Assembly: GCA_947496065.1 (NCBI GenBank)
Contig: CANMBF010000001.1
Coordinates: 5,443-69,442 of the forward strand
Length of the DNA stretch: 64,000 nt
Direction: 5' to 3'
DNA from: Bacteroidota bacterium
Lineage (GTDB): Bacteria > Bacteroidota > Bacteroidia > NS11-12g > UBA955
Each line of letters opens with the position of its first letter. Positions within the stretch are counted from its first letter, which is position 1. The translations under genes were made by a program, and so were the position numbers. This document shows positions 9,451-16,632 of this stretch, in pieces. The notes under the pieces were generated by a model. The model saw only the letters and a list, made by a program, of their open reading frames with translations, did not search any database and was not told the origin of the DNA.

Positions 9451-10569
9451 TTGCAAGTATTGAAAACCCTATTCATATTTGGAACGCGACCAGAGGCTAT
9501 AAAACTAGCGCCCTTAATTCTTAAATATAAAAAGCATTATCCTGCCTCCACATTTGTTTGTGTTTCTGCTCAGCATCGCCAATTGCTCGATCAAGTTTTA
9601 AGTTTTTTTTCAATTCAACCCGATTTTGATTTGAACTTAATGAAGCCTAACCAAACATTGAGCGAATTAACCGCGAATATTATTACGGCCCTTACTCCAG
9701 TAATTAATGAAGTAAAACCAGATTGTGTTTTTGTACAAGGCGATACAACGACTGTTTTTGCTGGTGCACTTTGTGCATTTTACAATCAAACCAAGGTGGT
9801 GCATATCGAAGCAGGCTTGAGAAGTGGTAATAAGTATTCTCCATTCCCTGAAGAAATTAATCGAGAGCTTACTTCAAAGTTGAGCGACTTTCATTTCACA
9901 CCTACAGCCTTGGCTTCTGCAAATCTTGAAAAAGAAGGCATCACCAAAAATGTTTACCAAGTAGGCAATACTGTTATCGATGCGCTGATTATTGCAAAGG
10001 ACAAAGTGAACAATGAAGATGCTTTTTACAAAGCATTCTTTTCGAATATCGATTTTAGCAAAAAAATTATTCTAGTGACTTGTCATAGAAGAGAAAGTTT
10101 TGGAGAAGGCATTCAAAATATCTTTGGCGCCATTCGCGAATTGGCATTAACGCACCCCAACGTGGCATTTATCTACCCTGTTCACCCTAATCCGAATGTT
10201 AAAATTGAAGCCGAAAAACAATTATCAGATATTAAAAATGTGCACTTAATTGCCCCTTTAGATTATCCGTATTTGGTGTGGCTATTAACGCGCGTTAACA
10301 TTGTGCTTACCGATTCAGGCGGACTGCAAGAAGAGGCGCCAACCTTTGGCAAACCAGTACTTGTGTTAAGAGAAGTTACAGAACGTGTTGAAGGCATTGA
10401 CGCTGGAACCGCTAAATTGGTTGGAAATAATAAAGCAACCATCATCCATGAAGTCAATTTATTGCTGACGGATGAAAGTAAATACACAGCAATGGCCAAT
10501 GCTATTAATCCTTATGGCGATGGGTTGACTTCACAACGCATATTTGAAATTTTAGAAAAACTGATTTAA
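9451..10569 (+). CDS. wecB: UDP-N-acetylglucosamine 2-epimerase, non-hydrolysing
   Basis: 372 aa with a TTG start. Conserved WecB blocks are present: FGTRPEAIKLAPL, VQGDTTT, HIEAGLRS, and DSGGLQEEAP.FGKPVLVLR..TER.E. Confidence 0.85.
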   Translation: MQVLKTLFIFGTRPEAIKLAPLILKYKKHYPASTFVCVSAQHRQLLDQVLSFFSIQPDFDLNLMKPNQTLSELTANIITALTPVINEVKPDCVFVQGDTTTVFAGALCAFYNQTKVVHIEAGLRSGNKYSPFPEEINRELTSKLSDFHFTPTALASANLEKEGITKNVYQVGNTVIDALIIAKDKVNNEDAFYKAFFSNIDFSKKIILVTCHRRESFGEGIQNIFGAIRELALTHPNVAFIYPVHPNPNVKIEAEKQLSDIKNVHLIAPLDYPYLVWLLTRVNIVLTDSGGLQEEAPTFGKPVLVLREVTERVEGIDAGTAKLVGNNKATIIHEVNLLLTDESKYTAMANAINPYGDGLTSQRIFEILEKLI

Positions 10570-11282
10570 TGGAACAAGAAGAAATTTGGAAAAAACATAC
10601 CATGGGCTTAAAGCCTGAGGATTTATTTAAGAGAATTCAAAATCCTGCACAATTTCAAATTGAGTTAAATGCAATGTTAAGTCAATTAATTACTGAAAAT
10701 GGCTATAAAAGTGCCATTGAAGTTGGCTGTGAAGCGGGTACTTCAAGCGCTATGTTAGACAAATCAATAGAAGTTACCTTATTAGATTTAAATGACGACA
10801 TCATTAAATTAGATCAAGAGGCTTATGCAACTACCTATCCTAATTTTAAATACTGTGTAGCCGATATGTTTGCCATGCCTTTTGAAGATGAAAGTTTTGA
10901 TTTGGTATTCAATGCAGGAGTAATTGAACACTTTGATTTTGATGATAGAGCGCGTGCCATCAAAGAATATTGGCGAGTGCTAAAAAAGGGAGGAACCATG
11001 GTAATTGCTTTTCCTAATCATTATTCATTGCCTTATCGATTTGCTTATTTAGTAAGAACCATTACTAAAAAATGGATTTTTCCACCCGAAAATAAAATGT
11101 ACAACCTTAAAAAAGAATTACAAGCGAGTGGCATTGATGGTTTACAAAGAACTGTTTTAAGTAAAGCCAGTATTTTCAATTGGAATAGCTATTCTCCTTT
11201 GGTAAATAATTGCTTTAAGGCCCTTGACAAGGTATTTAACTTTGAAGGTTATTTAACTGCTATTTGGGTTAAAAAAAATTAA
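10569..11282 (+). CDS. Class I SAM-dependent methyltransferase
   Basis: 237 aa. It has EVGCEAGTSS (motif I), LLDLNDD, and FDLVFNAGVIEHF (Methyltransf_11-like). Confidence 0.65.
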   Translation: MEQEEIWKKHTMGLKPEDLFKRIQNPAQFQIELNAMLSQLITENGYKSAIEVGCEAGTSSAMLDKSIEVTLLDLNDDIIKLDQEAYATTYPNFKYCVADMFAMPFEDESFDLVFNAGVIEHFDFDDRARAIKEYWRVLKKGGTMVIAFPNHYSLPYRFAYLVRTITKKWIFPPENKMYNLKKELQASGIDGLQRTVLSKASIFNWNSYSPLVNNCFKALDKVFNFEGYLTAIWVKKN

Positions 11283-11293
11283 TTTCTAATCTA

Positions 11294-11989
11294 CTATCTT
11301 AAAAATAGAAGATTGCACTTCAAACCAATATTTGAAATGTTGGTTTTAAATTGAGCTGCGTTAGCATTCAATATTGTAAATTGAAAAGTCGGTTCAACCC
11401 TTATGGCATAGGTAACATCCATATCAAATTCGAGTCCATATGCCAACGAAAAAGAAGGTTTATAAACCTTATAATCTGAAGAGACATTGTAGACATTTTT
11501 GGTCAATGGGGCATTATTATATTCTATCGTTTGATAAAGCAATTGCTTTGTTGGTAGCGCTAAATTGAGTGCAAAAGAAGGTAAGTGTCTTCCATATTTA
11601 CTTCTTATAGGCACTGCTAATTTTAAAGGCAGCATGATAGAATAAAACTTATATTCATTTGAAACTTTGTTCACATTGTTTTTGCTTTCAACAGTTGTAG
11701 AATAAGCATATCCTTCACTCATATAATTCAACCCAGTCTCAAAAAAATACGTTTTCATTCTAAAGCTCGCCACGCCACCAAGCGAAAATCCAGCAACTGG
11801 TTTTTTATTGAATATAATGCCTACTAGTTTTGGATTTGCTGAACTTGAATAAACACCTAAACTAATTCCATACGCAAATGGGGTTTGATTGGGGTCTGCA
11901 GTTTGGGCATTGCATTTTAAATATACCATTAGATATAAAATAAATAGGCCATAGGTAAAAGGTATTTCATTTAAATGTGCTTTAAACAA
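11294..11989 (-). CDS. Putative outer-membrane beta-barrel (porin-family) protein
   Basis: 231 aa. It has a signal-peptide-like N-terminus ending ...KCNAQ and alternating hydrophobic beta-strand patterning. It is the only minus-strand gene inside the locus. Confidence 0.5.
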   Translation of the reverse strand: MFKAHLNEIPFTYGLFILYLMVYLKCNAQTADPNQTPFAYGISLGVYSSSANPKLVGIIFNKKPVAGFSLGGVASFRMKTYFFETGLNYMSEGYAYSTTVESKNNVNKVSNEYKFYSIMLPLKLAVPIRSKYGRHLPSFALNLALPTKQLLYQTIEYNNAPLTKNVYNVSSDYKVYKPSFSLAYGLEFDMDVTYAIRVEPTFQFTILNANAAQFKTNISNIGLKCNLLFLR

Positions 11990-11998
11990 ATGTAGAAA

Positions 11999-12006
11999 TA
12001 ATTTTG
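11999..12006 (+). promoter_or_regulatory. Bacteroidota -7 promoter box TAATTTTG upstream of the MBOAT gene
   Basis: Exact TAnnTTTG match, 53 nt upstream of ATG 12060, in a divergent intergenic region. Confidence 0.5.
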
Positions 12007-12059
12007 ATTAATTCGATAGTTTCGCAAAGTCGTTTAATAAAACGCGCCAATAAACCTTT

Positions 12060-13472
12060 ATGCTTTTTAACTCCATACCATTCCTTGCATTTATTTTGCT
12101 ATTCTTTGGTATATGGCCTTTGGTAAAACATAAGAACACCCTCAAATGGCTTTGGATTTGCTGCATGTCAGCTGTATTTTATGGTTGGTGGGATTGGCGT
12201 TTTCTCTTCTTATTATTTTCCACTGGAGCAATCGATTATTGGGCAGGTAAATTCATACTTCAATTTCCTTCTAAAAAGAAATTTTGGCTTTGGCTATCCT
12301 TAACTACCAATATAGGATCCTTGGTAATTTTCAAATATAGCACCTGGCTTGCAACTGCGATTGATAGTGGCTTTGCATACTGTAATGTGCATACTGAATT
12401 TAAAAATGCCATACCTGAATTTACCCTTGTCTTACCAGTAGGCATCAGCTTTTATACATTTAACTCTATGAGTTATACCATCGATTTATACCGCGGTAAA
12501 TCAAAGCCAGCTGAAAATATTCTGCATTTCTTTGCATTCATTTCTTTCTTCCCACATTTGGTGGCAGGACCAATAATCAGAGCCAAAGACATCCTTCAAC
12601 AATTAACAAAACCTATACATACCAATGCTGTTCAAATTTTTCATGGCATTAAAATATGCATTTGGGGCCTCTTTCAAAAAATGGTCTTGGCAGACAATAT
12701 TGCTGTTTTGGTAAACGATCAATTTAGCAGCGTTAGCGAACACTCTGATTCTGCACAGTGGTGGATTTGCATGGTTGCCTTTGCATTTCAAATTTACTTT
12801 GATTTTAATGGTTATAGCACAATCGCAAGGGGCATTGCAAAATTATGTGGCATCCACTTCCGACTTAATTTCAATCACCCTTATTTTGCAAATTCATTTC
12901 AAAATTTCTGGCAACGTTGGCATATTTCGCTCTCGAGTTTTTTCCGCGATTATGTTTACATTTCTCTGGGTGGCAATAGAAAAGGTAAATTTAGAACACA
13001 TATTAATTTATGGACAACCATGTTGCTCTCTGGTTTATGGCATGGCGCCAATATTACGTTTGTTATTTGGGGCGCCTTGCACGCTTTCTATTTAACAATA
13101 GAACGTTTGTTTTATAAGACAACTTTCAAAGTTTCAAATAAACCCGTTCAATTCTTACTTCGTTTTCTGTTCGTTTTTATACCCGTGCTAGTCGCTTGGA
13201 CCTTCTTTCGATCCAAAGATTGGAATGAGGCTATAACTATTATTCGCTGCTTATTTAGCTTTAATTTACACTTAGGGCTCAAGGAACTATTAATTAGCAA
13301 TGCCATTTTCTGGCTTGTTGTTGGTGTGTTAACTGAGTTATTTTTATTCTATAAATTAAAATTAACAAGAAGCAATTCCCCAATATTGCAAGCGGTAATG
13401 TTGAGTTTATTAATCTCCATTATTGTCTTTTTTAGAGGACCCGAACAGCAATTTATTTATTTTCAATTCTAA
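12060..13472 (+). CDS. MBOAT-family membrane O-acyltransferase (AlgI/DltB-like)
   Basis: 470 aa and polytopic. It has WWDWRF, FFPHLVAGPI, FW.RWHISLS.F.RDY.Y..LGG, and the conserved His in LSGLWHGA. Confidence 0.85.
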   Translation: MLFNSIPFLAFILLFFGIWPLVKHKNTLKWLWICCMSAVFYGWWDWRFLFLLFSTGAIDYWAGKFILQFPSKKKFWLWLSLTTNIGSLVIFKYSTWLATAIDSGFAYCNVHTEFKNAIPEFTLVLPVGISFYTFNSMSYTIDLYRGKSKPAENILHFFAFISFFPHLVAGPIIRAKDILQQLTKPIHTNAVQIFHGIKICIWGLFQKMVLADNIAVLVNDQFSSVSEHSDSAQWWICMVAFAFQIYFDFNGYSTIARGIAKLCGIHFRLNFNHPYFANSFQNFWQRWHISLSSFFRDYVYISLGGNRKGKFRTHINLWTTMLLSGLWHGANITFVIWGALHAFYLTIERLFYKTTFKVSNKPVQFLLRFLFVFIPVLVAWTFFRSKDWNEAITIIRCLFSFNLHLGLKELLISNAIFWLVVGVLTELFLFYKLKLTRSNSPILQAVMLSLLISIIVFFRGPEQQFIYFQF

Positions 13473-14384
13473 TTGTACATGACTGAAAATAAAAAAATAA
13501 AAAATAGTCGGTGGGCAATTGTTCTATCAATAACACTTACCCCTGTTATGTTGTATTTAATGGGTCTGTGTTTGCCGAAATTACCTTATTCGCAAATGTC
13601 CATGGATGCATTTTGGGCAAAAAAAATAGCAAACCCAAAGAAGTATGACATCATATTTATTGGTGACTCTCGCATTTACAGGGGCATCAATCCTTCTATC
13701 GTTTCGGAAATGACAAATGCAAGTGTTTTGAACTATGGCTTTAGCGCTGCTGGTTTAGATTCAATTATTATTTATGAAGCCATTAAACAACTTGATACCA
13801 AAGGGAAAAAAATGGTTGTGTTTGGTATATCACCAAGTGCCTTCACCAATGAGGCCATAAAGAATGAACATTTTCATTCACTCAAAAAAATAAACAACAA
13901 AGATTTATGGATTCGTAAAAACATTTATCCTAAATTAACCTATTTCGATGCTTATAGTCTAGCTGAAATTAAAAAACATCTGAACAAAGAAGCCTATTCG
14001 CAGATCTGCAGAGCAGATGGTTTTATAGAAAGTAATAAGTCACCCGCAGATAGTAATGCTGCAATCAGCGCCTATGAAGATTATTTTAAGCACAATATGA
14101 TAAGCGATTTGCAACAACAAAAGTTTATTGCTTTGCTACAAATTCTGCAAACCAAAGGCATCAAATGTTATGCATTCAGAGTTCCAACGGCACTACCAAT
14201 GACTGTTTTGGAAAATAGTGTCTTTGACAAACAGCACTTAAAATTAAAAATCAATCAAACCGGAGCACATTGGTTTTTTATACCTCAAAATGGCTTTAAA
14301 AGTTATGATGGTAGCCATCTCAACGGAGCATCTGCAAATAAACTTTCACAAATCGTGGGAGATTCAATTCTAATTTATCACTAA
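13473..14384 (+). CDS. SGNH/AlgJ-DltD-like partner protein of the MBOAT acyltransferase
   Basis: 303 aa with one N-terminal TM segment. The FIGDSRIY (GDS) block resembles SGNH acyl-transfer proteins. It lies immediately downstream of the MBOAT gene. The start could be TTG 13473 or ATG 13479. Confidence 0.55.
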   Translation: MYMTENKKIKNSRWAIVLSITLTPVMLYLMGLCLPKLPYSQMSMDAFWAKKIANPKKYDIIFIGDSRIYRGINPSIVSEMTNASVLNYGFSAAGLDSIIIYEAIKQLDTKGKKMVVFGISPSAFTNEAIKNEHFHSLKKINNKDLWIRKNIYPKLTYFDAYSLAEIKKHLNKEAYSQICRADGFIESNKSPADSNAAISAYEDYFKHNMISDLQQQKFIALLQILQTKGIKCYAFRVPTALPMTVLENSVFDKQHLKLKINQTGAHWFFIPQNGFKSYDGSHLNGASANKLSQIVGDSILIYH

Positions 14385-14395
14385 TTTCGCAAGCA

Positions 14396-15580
14396 ATGAA
14401 AGTCGTATTTCTATTTGGAGGGCTCCCACATTATCTTAATAAAGTATTAAATAAAATTAATGCTGAGTCGGATATTGAAGTGGTGGTAATTGTGCCAGAA
14501 GGAAACAGCTTAACCTTTGGAAGTGGTGTTCATCAAAGCGAAGTCGGCATTGATTTTAAAGTGATTCGTTTGGTTGAATCCAGTGCATGGTATGGCAAAC
14601 CGTTTTTCAAAAATTTTTATAAAACGATTGCATCTGAAAAACCAGATGTTATCGTTACCGGATGGCCTTATTTTTTAGCTTATATGCTCATGCCCTTGCT
14701 ACTTTTAAGACTAAAAATAAAGGGTATTAAGCTATATGCTAGAGAAATTCCATTTACGGTTCCAGCCTATAATGAAACCTTTGAGGCATTTGAAAAGCGT
14801 TGTGTTGACGGCCAAAAAAATGAATTAATTTTTAAAAATGGATTGGCTTTCTGGTTATTAAAACTGATGAGAAAATACCTTTACACTGTAGTTTTTGATA
14901 AAGCGCTGCTTTATACCGAACAAGGTATAGATATCATTTACTCCTATGGCCTAGCAAAAGAAAATATTACGGTTACTTACAATTCTCCTGATACAGATGA
15001 AATTTTTGAAACGATTAAGGAGATTAAATTAAAACACCCTCATTTAACTAGTAAGCCACACCGATTACTACATATCGGTCGCTTAGTAAAATGGAAAAAC
15101 ATTGATCTTCTCATAAAAGCAGTACAAGTTCTAAAACCCAAATACCCTAATATTGAGCTAGCAATTATTGGTAAAGGTGAGGAGGAAGTAAACTTAAAAA
15201 CGCTTGTAAACACCTTGAATCTTACTGATAATATTTCGTTTTTAGGGGCTATTTATGAGGGAGAAGGTCAAACCATTGAGTTTTTAAAGTCTGGTGTATA
15301 TGTATTAGCGGGTATGGGAGGACTTTCAATTAATGAAGCCATGGCGCATAGTTTACCTATCATATGTTCGGTGGCCGATGGAACAGAAAAGCATTTGGTT
15401 TTTGAGGATAAAAATGGCTTTTATTTTAAAGATAGCAATCTTGAAAGTTTAGTGGATGCCATTGATAAAATGTTTACCTCAGATACTATTGAAATGGGGG
15501 CTAGGTCAAAAGCCATTATAGAACAAAAAATAAATCTGCCATTTGTAAGCTCGCAATTTATTGGCGCTTTGAGAAGTTAG
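14396..15580 (+). CDS. Glycosyltransferase family 4 (GT-B)
   Basis: 394 aa. It has LLHIGRLVKWKN, GKGEEE, and GGLSINEAMA...P.I......G..E......NG (E-x7-E-like). Confidence 0.7.
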   Translation: MKVVFLFGGLPHYLNKVLNKINAESDIEVVVIVPEGNSLTFGSGVHQSEVGIDFKVIRLVESSAWYGKPFFKNFYKTIASEKPDVIVTGWPYFLAYMLMPLLLLRLKIKGIKLYAREIPFTVPAYNETFEAFEKRCVDGQKNELIFKNGLAFWLLKLMRKYLYTVVFDKALLYTEQGIDIIYSYGLAKENITVTYNSPDTDEIFETIKEIKLKHPHLTSKPHRLLHIGRLVKWKNIDLLIKAVQVLKPKYPNIELAIIGKGEEEVNLKTLVNTLNLTDNISFLGAIYEGEGQTIEFLKSGVYVLAGMGGLSINEAMAHSLPIICSVADGTEKHLVFEDKNGFYFKDSNLESLVDAIDKMFTSDTIEMGARSKAIIEQKINLPFVSSQFIGALRS

Positions 15581-15584
15581 CTTC

Positions 15585-15624
15585 AAAAAAAAAGCCACCT
15601 GTATTGCTACAGGCGACTTTTTTT
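15585..15624. terminator. Bidirectional terminator hairpin between convergent genes
   Basis: An A-run, then GCCACCTGTA-ttgc-TACAGGCGAC (6 perfect bp plus partial pairing), then a T-run. It closes the polysaccharide locus. Confidence 0.6.
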
Positions 15625-15641
15625 AACACTACACTATAAAA

Positions 15642-15905
15642 CTATCTTTTGATAAATTTAGCAGATGTTAAGCTGCCATCATTGTTTAATATATTTAGAA
15701 AATAAATGCCTTTTACTAATTGTCTGATATCAAATTGTACATTAGACCCATTGATATTTGAAGTTGTTGTTAAAGTTACTGCTTTGCCATTGGCATCCAT
15801 AATGCTAATCGCTGATTCAACTTCTACTGTTTCGGTGAAACTTATATTTAAATAATCTGAAGTTGGGTTAGGGTATACACTTACTGTGCTGATAACATTG
15901 TTCAA
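15642..15905 (-). CDS. Orphan T9SS type-A C-terminal sorting domain ORF (CTD only; an expressed mini-protein or a gene remnant)
   Basis: 87 aa: VYPNPTSDYLNISF...ISIMDANGK......GIYFLNI....GSLTSAKFIKR is a complete Por/T9SS CTD. There is no signal peptide or cargo domain. The frame is closed by TGA immediately upstream, and the only available start is TTG. Confidence 0.45.
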   Translation of the reverse strand: MNNVISTVSVYPNPTSDYLNISFTETVEVESAISIMDANGKAVTLTTTSNINGSNVQFDIRQLVKGIYFLNILNNDGSLTSAKFIKR

Positions 15906-15959
15906 TCATATTTATTTTAGTTTTTAATCTTAAAGCTGTTTTAATTCTTAAAGACGGCA

Positions 15960-15967
15960 CAAATATA
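15960..15967 (-). promoter_or_regulatory. -7 promoter box TATATTTG upstream of the orphan CTD ORF
   Basis: Exact TAnnTTTG on the minus strand, 54 nt upstream of TTG 15905. Confidence 0.45.
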
Positions 15968-15969
15968 AG

Positions 15970-15987
15970 ATAGTACTTTTATACTAT
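15970..15987. promoter_or_regulatory. Palindromic operator candidate, ATAGTA-cttta..-TACTAT (TAGTA-N6-TACTA), copy C
   Basis: TAGTA (15971-15975), a 6-nt spacer, TACTA (15982-15986). The half-sites and spacing match the copies at 19173 and 19364. It abuts the -7 box at 15960-15967. Confidence 0.5.
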
Positions 15988-16232
15988 GTTCATAAACTAA
16001 GTATAAAACGGTAAAATATTTTGCAAAACGCTGTTTTACACTGTAATAATTTTTTATGGCACTAAGTACTTTTACACAATTAAAGAAATATATTTATAAT
16101 TTAGTATGAAATACTTTAAGGTTTTTAGCTCAAAAAGCGAATTTAAAAAAATTAAAAAATTACTAGCTAACTAAAAATTAATTGAGATTGAAATGAAATT
16201 TTTGACCCTAAAATTCCAAATTCAGTCGGCAT

Positions 16233-16264
16233 AAAAAAACCCCATTTGAAAAAACAAATGGGGT
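16233..16264 (-). terminator. Rho-independent terminator of the AOS-fusion/small-ORF transcription unit
   Basis: The minus strand reads CCCCATTTG-tttttt-CAAATGGGG followed by TTTTTTT. This is a 9-bp GC-containing stem in otherwise AT-rich DNA, 33 nt after the small ORF stop. Confidence 0.75.
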
Positions 16265-16296
16265 TCAAAATTTAAAATATGGTTAAGTTGTATTGC

Positions 16297-16548
16297 TTAT
16301 ATTTCTTTGTCTAAATCAAAATTTCTACAATAGAAATTAGCAACATAAGTAAGGGTTAATGGTTTGACATCTAAAGTATTACCCATATTATCAACCAGCA
16401 CCTCAACGAAATAATTGTAAATAGAATAAAGTTCTAATTTGAATCCTTTGGTAAGTTTTACTTCGCATACAAATAGCGATTTGTTGCTCAAGATTTGCAA
16501 CCTTGAGTTGTTGTTAAAAGTGTTTAATTCGAGTTGTGTAATCAGCAT
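16297..16548 (-). CDS. Small hypothetical protein co-transcribed with the AOS fusion (83 aa from ATG 16548; 104 aa if TTG 16611 is used)
   Basis: The ORF lies between the fusion-gene stop (16633) and the terminator. I recognise no family. The longer form adds a hydrophobic VIILLLLLW segment. Confidence 0.4.
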   Translation of the reverse strand: MLITQLELNTFNNNSRLQILSNKSLFVCEVKLTKGFKLELYSIYNYFVEVLVDNMGNTLDVKPLTLTYVANFYCRNFDLDKEI

Positions 16549-16632
16549 TATTTTAGTTTTGGATAGTTTTAAATTCCATAACAAAAGTAAAAGAATAATT
16601 ACTTTAAACAAAAATATTTTTAAATTTTACAA

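Noticed and set aside
15906-16296. Possible mobile-element scar, CRISPR leader/array or tiny plus-strand peptides (for example MALSTFTQLKKYIYNLV and MKYFKVFSSKSEFKKIKKLLAN) in the 390-bp AT-rich gap
   Set aside because: I saw no regularly spaced repeats, no terminal inverted repeats and no transposase or integrase fragment in any frame. The tiny ORFs have no promoter or conserved features and are expected by chance. Only the palindrome, the -7 box and the terminator are reported.
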